Origin: an uncultured Candidatus Rokubacteria bacterium
Lineage (GTDB): Bacteria > Methylomirabilota > Methylomirabilia > Rokubacteriales > CSP1-6
NCBI GenBank assembly: GCA_963758635.1
Contig: CAVWWD010000008.1
Span: 448,001-512,000, forward strand
Direction: 5' to 3'
DNA: 64,000 nucleotides
Part shown: one piece after another, positions 36,075 through 45,524 of the stretch
Layout: each line of letters starts with the position of its first letter
Numbering within the stretch: the first letter of the stretch is position 1
Position numbers and translations under genes: made by a program
Notes under the pieces: model-generated
The model's database searches: none
What the model was told of the DNA's origin: nothing
What the model saw: only the letters and a program-made list of their open reading frames with translations

Positions 36075-37231
36075 CACACGAAGGTCAGCGGCTCGGTCGG
36101 GGTCGGGCCGCGGGCGAAGCGGTCGAGAGCGAGCGGCGCGATGTCCACGGTGCGCGCCTGGCCCTCGGCGATCAGCTCGGCCATGAGCTGGCCGGCGATG
36201 GGCCCGTGCATGAACCCGTGACCGCTGAAGCCGGCGATCACGTAGAGGCCGTCCACGCCGGGGACGGCGCTGACGATGCCGGTCTGATCGGGCGTCATCT
36301 CGTAGAGGCCGGTCCACGTGCGCATGAGCCGCGCCTCGGCGAGGGCGGGCACGCGGCGCACGGCGCGCTCGACCACCTCGGGGGCGAGGCTCCAGTCCGT
36401 CGACATGTCGAACGCGCCGACCTCGTCCTTGCGTCCCGCGCCGAGCAGGATCCCGTCGCCCTCGCGGCGCATCGAGAAGCCCCAGTGCTGGCCGATCACG
36501 AACGGCGTGGCCGCCGGGATGCGGTCGGTGGGGAAGGTGGCGGTCATGAACTTGTGCCGGCGCCGGGGTGTGACGGGCACGTCGATCCCGGCGAGCGTGC
36601 CGACGACGCCGGACCACGCGCCCGCGGCGATCACCACCACCGGGGCGTCGATCGCACCGGACGCCGTGGTCACGCCGGTCACGCGGCCGTCCCCGCGCGC
36701 GAAGCTCACGACCTCGCACTGCTGCCGGATCGACACGCCGAGCTCGCGCGCCCGGGCCGCGATCGCCGTGGTGCAGAGGTAGGGATCGGCATAGCCGTCC
36801 CGCGGCGAGAACGTGGCGCCCAGCAGGTCGCCGGTCTCCAGGTACGGGAAGAGGTGCCCGGTGTCCTCCGGCGTCAGGAGCCGCACGTCCACCCCCAGGC
36901 TCTGCTGGAGGAGGACACTCTGCCGGGCCACCGCTAGCTCCTCCTCGCTACCCACGAGCAGGAGATAGCCGTGCTGGCGGAACCGGGGATCGACGCCGAA
37001 CTCTTCCTCGAAGCGCTCGTAGGTGAGGATGCTCTGGAGCGTCAGCTCGATGCCCACGCGGTTCGCGTACTGGTGGCGGATGCCGCCGCTGGCGAGCGCG
37101 GTCGAGCCGGAGCAGACGGTGTCGCGCTCCAGGACCACGATCCGCCCCGCGCCCCGGCGCGCCAGGTGGTAGGCGGTGCTGACGCCCATGATCCCGGCGC
37201 CCACGACGATGACGTCCGCGGTCTCGGCCAT
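36074..37231 (-). CDS. FAD-dependent oxidoreductase (DAO / sarcosine oxidase beta-like)
   Basis: VGAGIMG, SGGIRHQ, GLYEMTPD, GFSGHGFM. Confidence 0.9.
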   Translation of the reverse strand: MAETADVIVVGAGIMGVSTAYHLARRGAGRIVVLERDTVCSGSTALASGGIRHQYANRVGIELTLQSILTYERFEEEFGVDPRFRQHGYLLLVGSEEELAVARQSVLLQQSLGVDVRLLTPEDTGHLFPYLETGDLLGATFSPRDGYADPYLCTTAIAARARELGVSIRQQCEVVSFARGDGRVTGVTTASGAIDAPVVVIAAGAWSGVVGTLAGIDVPVTPRRRHKFMTATFPTDRIPAATPFVIGQHWGFSMRREGDGILLGAGRKDEVGAFDMSTDWSLAPEVVERAVRRVPALAEARLMRTWTGLYEMTPDQTGIVSAVPGVDGLYVIAGFSGHGFMHGPIAGQLMAELIAEGQARTVDIAPLALDRFARGPTPTEPLTFV

Positions 37232-38212
37232 TCAGCGCCTCCTCTGATGAGCCCCGCGCATCAGACTGATGCCGGGCGGTGGGATTGCAGAGGCCTGTGG
37301 CGGTTCCCGTATTCTGCGAGGATCATCGGCCCGCGACGGGCTCCGTGCGCGCTCACCGGCCAGCGCCAGCGCGCCGAGCACGCCCGCCCGGTCGCCGAGC
37401 GCGGGCGCCACGATGTAGTCCTCGATCCGGTCACGGAGCGGGGCAGCGTCCGGATAGCCGCCGAGCAGGTCCTTGACCCGCGCCTGCACGCGCGGCAGCA
37501 GGTGTCCCGCCGCCATCACCCCGCCGCCGACGGCGATCCGGCGAGGCGACAGGACCGAGACGATGGCGACCAACCCCAGCGCCAGATACCCCGCCTCCAG
37601 CTCCCATCCCGGATGATCTTCGGGAAGCTCCTCGGCCGCCAGTCCCCAGCGCCGGGCCATGGCCTCGCCCGAGGCGAGCCCCTCGAGGCAGTCGCCGTGG
37701 AAGGGGCAGGCGCCGGGGAACGGGTCGGCAGCGAGGTCGTGAGGCACCCGCAGGTGCCCCATCTCCGGATGCACGAGGCCGTGGACGAGGCGGCCGTGGA
37801 CCAGCGCGCCGCCGCCGATGCCGGTGCCCACCGTGACGTACACGAACGGATCCGAGCCGCGGCCCGCGCCCCACGCATGCTCGGCGAGGGCGGCCCCGTT
37901 CACGTCGGTGTCGAACCGCACGGGCACCCCCAGGGCGCGGGCGAACGGGCCGGCGAGGTCCACGTAGGACCAGCCCGGCTTCGGCGTCCTGGTGACGTGC
38001 CCCCAGGTGGACGAGGCGGGATCGAGGTCGACCGGACCGAAGGAGGCGATGCCGAGCGCGGCCACCGGTCCGTGCTGCACGAAGAAGGCCAGCGCGGTGG
38101 CGATGGTCTCGGCCGGAGCGCCGGTGGGCACGCGGGTCTCGGCGCGGATGTCATCGGGCCCCGTGCCTACCGCGCAGACCAGCTTCGTGCCGCCTGCCTC
38201 CACACCGCCCAT
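37232..38212 (-). CDS. ROK family fructokinase (true stop possibly near 37353)
   Basis: GVEAGGTK, SFGPVD, TPKPGW, DTDVN, HPEMGH, CPFHGDCLEG. Confidence 0.9.
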   Translation of the reverse strand: MGGVEAGGTKLVCAVGTGPDDIRAETRVPTGAPAETIATALAFFVQHGPVAALGIASFGPVDLDPASSTWGHVTRTPKPGWSYVDLAGPFARALGVPVRFDTDVNGAALAEHAWGAGRGSDPFVYVTVGTGIGGGALVHGRLVHGLVHPEMGHLRVPHDLAADPFPGACPFHGDCLEGLASGEAMARRWGLAAEELPEDHPGWELEAGYLALGLVAIVSVLSPRRIAVGGGVMAAGHLLPRVQARVKDLLGGYPDAAPLRDRIEDYIVAPALGDRAGVLGALALAGERARSPSRADDPRRIREPPQASAIPPPGISLMRGAHQRRR

Positions 38213-38295
38213 GACCCTCCCCTGCGGAGAGGGTCGGGGAGGGGCGCTCGTCCGAGCACGCCCGGTCGACCGGCGTCGGTCGGCGCCGCGGCAGG

Positions 38296-39054
38296 TCAGC
38301 CCTGTCCGTAGACGCGTCGCGGCCGCCAGTGGCCACGCTGGTGGGCGGCCACGTAGTCCGGGCGCGCGAACAACTTGATGAGCACCACACCCGCCACGAA
38401 GCCGCCGATGTGGGCCCCGAAGGCCACCCCGCCCCCCTCGCTCCGACCGACCAGCACCCCCAGGAACTGGAGCGCCATCCAGTAGAGGAGCATGGTCCAC
38501 GCGGGCAGCGCGATCGAGGTGATGAAGAAGCCGATGGGCACCATGGTGAACACGCGCACCCGCGGGTAGAGGACCAGGTACGCGCCCATCACGCCGCTGA
38601 TCGCCCCGGACGCGCCGACCATCGGGATGCCCGAGGAGGGGTTGATCATGACCTGGAGCAGCGCGGCCGCCGCGCCGCTCAGCGCGTAGAAGAGCCCGAA
38701 CCGTCCGGGGCCCATCGAGTCCTCGATGTTGTTGCCGAAGATCCAGAGGAACCACATGTTGCCGAGCAGGTGCATCCACGATCCGTGCAGGAACATCGAC
38801 GTGAGGATGTGCGAGGCCTGCCGCCCCGGGTCGGTGAGGCACACGAGGCCGTCGCCCATCGGGAACCGGGTGCCCGGCCGGAGCATGCCCGTCAGCTCGC
38901 CGGGGATCAGCCCCAGATCGCACACGCTTCGCGCCAGCGCGAGCGGAGAGCCGGCGCCCTGCACCAGCAGCCACACCGCGACGTTGGCCGCGATGAGCAG
39001 GAACGTGAGGACCGGCGTCCGCTGCGTCTCGTTCTCGTCACGGTAGGGGAACAT
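38296..39054 (-). CDS. Rhomboid intramembrane serine protease
   Basis: SMFLHG..HLLGNM, GASGAI, AHIGGF. Confidence 0.93.
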   Translation of the reverse strand: MFPYRDENETQRTPVLTFLLIAANVAVWLLVQGAGSPLALARSVCDLGLIPGELTGMLRPGTRFPMGDGLVCLTDPGRQASHILTSMFLHGSWMHLLGNMWFLWIFGNNIEDSMGPGRFGLFYALSGAAAALLQVMINPSSGIPMVGASGAISGVMGAYLVLYPRVRVFTMVPIGFFITSIALPAWTMLLYWMALQFLGVLVGRSEGGGVAFGAHIGGFVAGVVLIKLFARPDYVAAHQRGHWRPRRVYGQG

Positions 39055-39243
39055 GCGTGATCCTTTCGGCCCAGCTTCACGGGGTAGGGACCTCGGTCCG
39101 CGGTGAAGATTACCCGCGGAGCGCAGCCGCCATTATTGCTCGATCGTGCCTGTCGAGGTTGACCCGCGGGTCACGATACGCCTAAGGTCGTACATCACGG
39201 CTGGCCGTGGTCCGGGGCCAGCACGAGGGAGGCGCGCTCTGCC

Positions 39244-39567
39244 ATGCGAGTGGATGACCGGAAGGTGCCGATCTCGTTCCTGGCCCTCGCCGGCATCCTG
39301 GCGCTGGTCTCTTACCTGACCTCGTCGGTGGGTCTCTTCGTGGCCGCCGCCGTCCTCCTGGTCGGGGGCGCCGTCGTGCGCGCGATCGACCGGCTCGGAG
39401 ACGACCTCCGGGCCGCGCGCATCGCCGCGGAGCTTGGGGGGCCGGCTCCTCCCGTCGTGCCATCCGCGACAGGCCCGGCGCCCACTCCGCCCCCGGCTCC
39501 GGACGTCCCGCTGGCCCGGCCCTACACGCGTCCACCGTGGGAGAAGGATCCCCAGGAAACGCCCTGA
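39244..39567 (+). CDS. Hypothetical membrane protein with Pro-rich tail
   Basis: GGAGG RBS upstream, two TM segments. Confidence 0.55.
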   Translation: MRVDDRKVPISFLALAGILALVSYLTSSVGLFVAAAVLLVGGAVVRAIDRLGDDLRAARIAAELGGPAPPVVPSATGPAPTPPPAPDVPLARPYTRPPWEKDPQETP

Positions 39568-39681
39568 GCGGCGCCCTGCCCGCTCGTCCATGCTCCCACG
39601 TGGAAGGTAGCGGGCGCCCTGATGACGGGGCGCCCGCCGTCCTGGAGCGGACCGCTTCGCGCTGACCCGGCGGTTCTTTCC

Positions 39682-40287
39682 CTACAGCATCTCCCGCCGG
39701 GCCTTCTTCGCGCGCGCCGCGCCGATCGCGGTCTTCACGTCCTTCTCCTCCTCGGGCGGTGGCAGCACGGCGGGCATCCCGAGCGAGTCGATCCAGAGCT
39801 CCCGGCTCCAGCCCTGCGTGTGGTAGAGGTGCTCGTCCTCCTGCTCCTCGACCTTCTCGAGGGCCTCCTTCACCGCCTGCGCGTCCTCACCCTTGAGCGC
39901 CCGCGACGCCGCGATCTCCTTGAGCAGCTCCCAGTTCAGGTGATCCTTGGTCTCCGCGCTCACGATGCACTCGGTGGCGACGAGCTCGGCGGCCTCGGGG
40001 GGCCCGGCCTCGAGCGCCAGCTTCATGGCCTTCACGAGCGACTGGCCGATGTGCCGGACCACGCCACGGCCCGGCGTTTCCGTCGTGGTGTCCAGCCCGA
40101 AGTGCTCCATCAGCCCCGACACGATCACGGCGTGATCCTGGGTCTGGGCGAGGTACTTCTCCCACTCCTCCCTGAGCTCGTCGTTCACCACGCACTCGAG
40201 CGCCGTCTCGTACACCTTGGTGCCTCCGAGCTCCGTCTCCAGCATCTGTCCCAGCAGCTCGGCGAACTGGCCCTTGTCGATCTCCAT
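39682..40287 (-). CDS. Ferritin-like (DUF892-like) protein
   Basis: ETELGGTKVYETA, ETKDHLNWE, EEQEDEHLYH; GGAGG RBS. Confidence 0.8.
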   Translation of the reverse strand: MEIDKGQFAELLGQMLETELGGTKVYETALECVVNDELREEWEKYLAQTQDHAVIVSGLMEHFGLDTTTETPGRGVVRHIGQSLVKAMKLALEAGPPEAAELVATECIVSAETKDHLNWELLKEIAASRALKGEDAQAVKEALEKVEEQEDEHLYHTQGWSRELWIDSLGMPAVLPPPEEEKDVKTAIGAARAKKARREML

Positions 40288-40349
40288 CGGTGCCCTCCCT
40301 TGGCCTGGCGTTGATGCGGCGCCTCACGGCGCCCCTGGAGACGAGTGGA

Positions 40350-40364
40350 GCAAGCTCCGTGCCG
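40350..40364 (-). promoter_or_regulatory. Sigma54 promoter for the ferritin-like gene
   Basis: Minus strand CGGCACGGAGCTTGC. Confidence 0.65.
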
Positions 40365-40448
40365 GCCCCTCGGACGAGGAGAGCTCCGGGCGGGAGGGTT
40401 GATCGAGGAGGGCGATCGTGAGACCGGAGGGGCGGATGGGTGGGGTGG

Positions 40449-41105
40449 TCAGGCGCCGCGGGGACGCCGCGCGGCCTCGCGCAGCAAGGCATCGAGATCC
40501 AGGGCGCTCGACGACCGCGCGTGGGCGTCAACGCCCTGGCGCCGGAGCTGAACGAGGGCGCGCGCGTGATCCTCCGGGGTGCGCGCCGCCACGCAGTCCG
40601 AGGGGACGACGACGTGGTAGCCGCGCATGTGAGCCTCCTGCGCGGTGATCAGGACGCAGCTATCGGCGAGCAAGCCGCTCACGATCAGCGTGCGGGCCCC
40701 GAGGTGCTGGAGCAGGAGGTCGAGCGCGGTGCCGTAGAAGCCGGAGTGCTGGGGCTTCAGGATGAAGTAGTCGCGGGGCCCCGGCCGCAGCCGGTGCGCC
40801 ACGTCGCGCCCGCGCGCCCGTGGGCTCGAGCAGTGCGCGACGAGCTTGCGGAAATCCGACCGCCAGCGTCCGAAGTTGTCGTTGACGTACACGACGGGGA
40901 TGCCCGCGCGGGCAGCGCGCGCCTTCAGCTGGCGGATCCGGGTGGCCATCGCGCGCGCGGCGCCGAGCACCTCACGGCCCTCCTCGAACGCGAAATCGTT
41001 GATCACGTCCACGAGGAGGAGCGCGACCGCGGACGTGTCCGGAGCGCTCCCATGCAGGGTCGGCGACGGCCGGGGCCGACGGGTGGCGCGCATCAGACGG
41101 GCCAC
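40449..41105 (-). CDS. Isochorismatase-family cysteine hydrolase
   Basis: LLVDVINDF, KPQHSGFYGT, DSCVLITA. Confidence 0.88.
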   Translation of the reverse strand: MARLMRATRRPRPSPTLHGSAPDTSAVALLLVDVINDFAFEEGREVLGAARAMATRIRQLKARAARAGIPVVYVNDNFGRWRSDFRKLVAHCSSPRARGRDVAHRLRPGPRDYFILKPQHSGFYGTALDLLLQHLGARTLIVSGLLADSCVLITAQEAHMRGYHVVVPSDCVAARTPEDHARALVQLRRQGVDAHARSSSALDLDALLREAARRPRGA

Positions 41106-41121
41106 GTCGGCGCGTCCTCCC

Positions 41122-41364
41122 TCACGCGCCGCCCTCCAGGATCTCCGAGATCACCAGCTCGAGGTTCCGGCCCGTCCGGATCCCGGCGGCGCTCAGCATC
41201 TCCCAGTGCGCGCGCCGCAGGGTGATCTTGAGCGGCAGGGTGACGGGATCGCCGGCGCCGGGAGCGCGGCGCTCGATGGCCTTGCGCGCCATCGCCTCGA
41301 TCTGCTCGCGCGTGAGTGACGTGGCCTTCGGGGAGAGCGGCGAATCCTCCGGGCGTCGTGGCAT
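41122..41364 (-). CDS. Hypothetical small protein (possible DNA-binding)
   Basis: GGAGG RBS upstream, plausible 80-aa ORF; no recognised family. Confidence 0.5.
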   Translation of the reverse strand: MPRRPEDSPLSPKATSLTREQIEAMARKAIERRAPGAGDPVTLPLKITLRRAHWEMLSAAGIRTGRNLELVISEILEGGA

Positions 41365-41530
41365 CGATGTCCTCCCTGGAGACCCAGTCTACGGCGTCTG
41401 GTCACTGGCGCACGCGCCGCGCGGCGACGCAACGGAGAGATGACTCGAGGCTGAACGGAAATACCGGGTCGTCGGGTGCAGTCACGGACCACACGTGGGA
41501 GGAAGGCCTGCTGGGAAGGGGCGCCGGCCC

Positions 41531-41545
41531 TGGCATGTCCATTGC
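41531..41545 (+). promoter_or_regulatory. Sigma54 promoter candidate
   Basis: TGGCATGTCCATTGC, 90 bp upstream of ATG 41635. Confidence 0.55.
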
Positions 41546-41634
41546 GTTCCCAGCGAAGCATGGTCGAGCGAGCCCTCGCTGCCACGGCGGATACAAGAGT
41601 CGTCGCGACGGGACCACGGAGCGGATCGCGAGGG

Positions 41635-42227
41635 ATGAGCGCCGAGGAGCGAGCGCGCGTGCTCGATGCCATGGTGCGGTGGTCGGACACCGTCATCGAG
41701 CGACCCCATCCCGTCGTCGGCAATCTCCCGATCTGCCCCTTCGCGAAAGCGGCCCGGCTGAAGCGGACCATCCGGTTCGAGGTGCTGGCGTTGATGCGGC
41801 CGATCCACTCGAGCCGTCAGGCACCGTCATGCGCCTGGTGCACGAGTTCCGCCGGGCGCCGGACCTGGAAACGCTCTTCGTCATCCATCCAGATCGTGTC
41901 GGCATCGGCGCGCGCGCCCTCGAGGCATTCGTGGCCCGGCTCAACGCGCGACTCGTGACGGAGGCCGACACCGAGGACCTGCAGGTGTTCGAGGCGCACC
42001 CGGAGAGCGACTTCTGCATCGGCGGCGTGTACACGCGGCGCAGCCCGTATCCGAGCTTCCAGGCGCTCAGCCGGCGCCTGCTGAAGGCGGCGTCGGACTC
42101 GCTCCTCGGATCCGGCTACTACGCTCACTTCACGCCGGCGATGCTCCGCGCGGTGGGGATGCCGCGCGGACCGATCGCCGAGGATACCAGGACGTCATGT
42201 CCACGGGCCTCTTCGTCACGCGCGTAA
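41635..42227 (+). CDS. DUF1415-like protein, frameshift near 41790, 3' end uncertain
   Basis: W...VIE.....NLPICPFA, then LQVFEAHP and TRRSPYP..Q.L in the next frame. Confidence 0.6.
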
Positions 42228-42712
42228 CCCTGGCGGCCGGGACGTCCGGCGGCGCCGACGCCTCCACGCCGTTGAACGCGGTGGATGCCGCGCTGCTCGC
42301 GGCGGGCATCGGCAACATCAACCTGGTCAAGCTCTCGAGCATCGTTCCTCCTCGAGTGACGATCGTACCGTTGCCCCGCATCCGGCCGGGGGCGATCGTC
42401 CCGACCGCCTACGCCATGATGGTGAGCGACGTGCCCGGCGACACGATCGCCGCGGCGGTCGGGTGGGCTCTTCCCGAGGACCGGGAGGCCGCCGGTGTCA
42501 TCATGGAAGTCCACGACCGCATGAGTGCGAAGGAGGCGGAGCGCCAGGTCGAGGAGATGCTCGACGAGGCGTTTCACCTGCGCGGCGCGCGGATGCGGGA
42601 GCGCGCCGTGTTCGTGGCGGAGCATCAGGTCGTCCGGGTGGGGTGCGCGGTCGCCGCGGTCACCCTGCTCGGGATGGACGACCTGCTCGACCCGGCGGCC
42701 GACGGGGCGTAG
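42197..42712 (+). CDS. pdaD: Pyruvoyl-dependent arginine decarboxylase
   Basis: LNAVDAALLAAGIGNINLVKLSSIVPP (Ser-Ser self-cleavage site), GVIME. Confidence 0.85.
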   Translation: MSTGLFVTRVTLAAGTSGGADASTPLNAVDAALLAAGIGNINLVKLSSIVPPRVTIVPLPRIRPGAIVPTAYAMMVSDVPGDTIAAAVGWALPEDREAAGVIMEVHDRMSAKEAERQVEEMLDEAFHLRGARMRERAVFVAEHQVVRVGCAVAAVTLLGMDDLLDPAADGA

Positions 42713-42794
42713 GAGCCAACCTGCAGAGACGCGAGCGCGCTTGCCGGCATGTGCCCGGGGCCCCCCTCCGGTCCAAAACCGAGGGGGGGCCTTG

Positions 42795-42814
42795 TGTACA
42801 GCCTGGTGTACACT
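42795..42814 (+). promoter_or_regulatory. TA operator (two TGTACA palindromes) overlapping -10 TACACT
   Basis: TGTACA at 42795 and 42807 (12-bp period); -10 is 7 nt before ATG 42822. Confidence 0.7.
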
Positions 42815-42821
42815 CCCAGAC

Positions 42822-43085
42822 ATGGCCAAGGACCTCACGATCACGGAAGCGCGGAAGCGGTTGCTGGATTTGCCCGATGCCAAGTCGCCCGGAGTGATCC
42901 GGGTCACGCGGCGCGGTCAGCCGGCCTTGGCAATTCTGCCGTGGGACGACTACGAGAGCATCGTCGAGACGCTCGAGGTCTTGAGCGATCCCGAGCTCAT
43001 GGCGACGCTGCGCGCGAGTCTCGCCGATCTCCGCGGCGGCAAAGTGTACACGCACGGGGAGGCCCGCGCCCGCCTGCTCGGATGA
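42822..43085 (+). CDS. Phd/YefM family antitoxin
   Basis: TITEARKRL, VTRRGQP, YESIVETLEVLSDPELM. Confidence 0.92.
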   Translation: MAKDLTITEARKRLLDLPDAKSPGVIRVTRRGQPALAILPWDDYESIVETLEVLSDPELMATLRASLADLRGGKVYTHGEARARLLG

Positions 43086-43405
43086 CCGGCCCGCGGTACA
43101 CCGTCCTCTGGCGCGAGACCGCGCTGAAGCTGGCCGAGGCGATCCGCGACCGCCGCGAGCGCGCGCTGGTGGTCGAACGGGCCGCTCAGCTCGCCGAGAG
43201 TCCCGAGCAGCAAGGCAAGGCGCTCATCGGCGAACTCGCCGGCTTACGGTCGATCCGCACCGTCGGACAGCGCTACCGGATCATCTACCGCGTCGAGCGG
43301 CGCGAGGTGATCGTGCTCGTCGTGGCGGTGGGGCGCCGGAAGGACGGGGACCGCGGCGACATCTACGCGCTCGCCCGCAGGCTGTTCCGCCAGAAGCTGC
43401 TGTAG
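43082..43405 (+). CDS. RelE/ParE family toxin
   Basis: GKALIGELAGLRSIR, RYRIIYRV, VVAVGRRK; ATGA overlap. Confidence 0.9.
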   Translation: MTGPRYTVLWRETALKLAEAIRDRRERALVVERAAQLAESPEQQGKALIGELAGLRSIRTVGQRYRIIYRVERREVIVLVVAVGRRKDGDRGDIYALARRLFRQKLL

Positions 43406-43495
43406 AGATCACGCCCCGTCGCGGGGCGCCCCTTCATCCGCCACAGCTCGTCAGGGAGCCTTCCCGCGGCCCGGCCACGCGCGGGGTGCGGCGTC

Positions 43496-43593
43496 AGGCA
43501 CCGACGATCGTTTGCCTCGGGGCTCATCATGCGAGGCCGGAGCCTGAAGGAGGTGCAGGACCTTCGAGGACTTCAGCACAAAATCAGCACAAA
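43496..43593 (+). pseudogene. Tyrosine integrase C-terminal remnant plus TCAGCACAAA tandem repeat
   Basis: Translates [23 protein letters not shown] (box II-like); TCAGCACAAA at 43573 and 43584. Confidence 0.6.
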
Positions 43594-43632
43594 GCGAGGT
43601 AGACTCGCCTCCGACGCCTCGTAAACCCGCAC

Positions 43633-43709
43633 GCGCCCGTAGCTCAGTTGGATAGAGCGTCGGACTTCGAATCCGAAGGTCGCAGGTTCGATTCCTGCCG
43701 GGCGCACCA
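43633..43709 (+). tRNA. tRNA-Arg (anticodon TCG)
   Basis: GCGCCCG/CGGGCGC acceptor stem, D arm, TCGGA-CTTCGAA-TCCGA anticodon arm, GCAGG-TTCGATT-CCTGC T arm, encoded CCA. Confidence 0.97.
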
Positions 43710-43757
43710 ATATTCGCAGAGAGTTACGACGCGGTGGCCTTCGATCACTTTCCCGCT

Positions 43758-43779
43758 GGTGCTACTCACGGTGCTACTC
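43758..43779. repeat. Left arm-type integrase binding repeats
   Basis: GGTGCTACTCAC-GGTGCTACTC, 12-bp period. Confidence 0.7.
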
Positions 43780-44808
43780 CGCTCCGCTGGCCTCAGCCTT
43801 CTCGGGCTCCACCTTGCGGCTGGCCAGCCGCTCAATCGCGGCGTGCCGATGTCCCGGCGACAGGTGCGCGTATCGCTGAACCATGGTGAAGGTCTTCCAT
43901 CCTCCGAGGTCCTTGATCGTGAGCAGATCCACGCCTTCCATGGCCAGGCGAGAGGCGAAGGTATGCCGATAATGCCGGAGATCATGGAAGCGGAAGTCTT
44001 CGATCTCGGCGTCTTCTACGGCCGCAGGGACGGTCTTTTCGGGCCACCGGAGGTCGAGCTTTCCCTCGCTGTTCGGGAATACGAGCGCCGCCCCGTCCAG
44101 CGGGCGGGGGAGGCTCCCGATGATGGTCCGCACCGTGGAGGTGAGCGGGACGTGCCGCGTCTCGCCGTTCTTCGAGCGCGGGATCGTGAGCACCCCGGCC
44201 TTAAGGTCCACGTCCTTCCACCGCAGGCTGAGAAACTCGCTCTTGCGGAGTCCCGTTTGTAGCAGCACGGTTACCCGCTGGCGGTCGCCTTCGGTTGCAG
44301 GGGCTCGCATCAGTCCCTTCTCCTCGGCGTCGGTCAGATAGCGAATGCGACCGCTTGGCTCCCTGAGCATTCCCACCTTGGTCACCGGGTTCCGCTCCGT
44401 CTTGCCGTCACGGATCGCCACGTTGAACACTCGACGGAGCAAAGCAAACTCCCGGTTTATGGTGGCGGGCTTGATCTTGGTGAGCCGCTCGGTGCGCAGG
44501 CGCTCTAGCTCGGCGGGCGCGATGTCCTCAAGGGTACGGCCGGCGAAACGGTCCTTCCATCGCTTCCCATGCCGGTCGTCGTCCTTCCAGGAGCGCTTGC
44601 TCTTGTTGTGCTTGAGGTACTCGTCAATCACGTCCGCCACGAGGTAGCTCGTGGGCTTTGGCTGATGCTTCGGGCAGGGACGTTCCAGGCGATGCCGCTC
44701 CGCCTCCACTCGGGCTCGGCTCTTCGGGCCGACGAGAGCCCGATGAAGGTGCCCATGACCGCATGCCCACCTAATCCACCAGTCGCCCCGTTCTCGACCA
44801 CCTCCCAC
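43774..44808 (-). CDS. Tyrosine recombinase / phage-type integrase
   Basis: TGLRKSE, SKNG, HDLRH(YRH)TFAS, LGGW, QRYAH; start uncertain. Confidence 0.92.
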   Translation of the reverse strand: MGGGRERGDWWIRWACGHGHLHRALVGPKSRARVEAERHRLERPCPKHQPKPTSYLVADVIDEYLKHNKSKRSWKDDDRHGKRWKDRFAGRTLEDIAPAELERLRTERLTKIKPATINREFALLRRVFNVAIRDGKTERNPVTKVGMLREPSGRIRYLTDAEEKGLMRAPATEGDRQRVTVLLQTGLRKSEFLSLRWKDVDLKAGVLTIPRSKNGETRHVPLTSTVRTIIGSLPRPLDGAALVFPNSEGKLDLRWPEKTVPAAVEDAEIEDFRFHDLRHYRHTFASRLAMEGVDLLTIKDLGGWKTFTMVQRYAHLSPGHRHAAIERLASRKVEPEKAEASGAE

Positions 44809-44896
44809 CTTCTTCAGCTCCTGGGTGCCGCGAACGTTGGCTCGCGGGCGTCACGCGCGCGGCCAAGATGAGCACGCGATCACCTACGTGGATTCG

Positions 44897-45524
44897 ATGG
44901 CAACGTTGAAGGCTAGGATCCTGGCGTTGATTCGGTCCACGCCGGGCCTGACGGATCGAGAGGTCACGGATCGAGTGCTTGGCGCCGGGGCGGCCCAGCA
45001 GGCCGTCAACCAGGCGGCGAGGTCACTTGCGGCCGACCATCTGGCCGAGAGGCGAACCCGCCACGACGGGAAGATCGGCAACTATCCGGCCGACAGCGCT
45101 CCGGAGGCATCGACCCCGACGGACGGGAGCGCGGTGGCTCCTGTCACGGACCCGCTATCCGAGGATGAAGTTAAGCGCACGCTCCAGGCGTGGCTTGAGG
45201 CCGCGGGCTGGACCGTCTCGGTCGTGTGGGGCCGGGGCCAAGGCATTGACATCGACGCGGTCCAATCGGATCGCCGCTGGGTCATCGAAGCCAAGGGCCC
45301 GAGGATCGCTCGACCCCATGCGCGTCAACTATTTTCTCGGGGTACTCGGCGAACTTCTTCAGCGCATGACCGATCCCGCGGCCAAGTACAGTATCGCGTT
45401 GCCGGACCTTCCGCAGTTCCGCCGGCTGTGGGACCGCCTGCCTGAGCTAGCCAAACAGCGCACCGGCATCTCAGCCCTATTCGTAAGCGAATCCGGCCGC
45501 GTTGACGAGGTGGCGCCGAGATGA
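44897..45524 (+). CDS. HTH + PD-(D/E)XK nuclease-fold protein, frameshift near 45300
   Basis: PGLTDREVTD helix-turn-helix-like N-terminus; SEDEVK, GIDIDA, IEAKG, LGELLQRM, YSIALPD. Confidence 0.75.

Noticed and set aside
39160..39173. TGACCCGCGGGTCA palindrome as a CRP/FNR site
   Set aside because: Half-site spacing is 8 bp rather than 6; a single GC-rich palindrome is weak evidence
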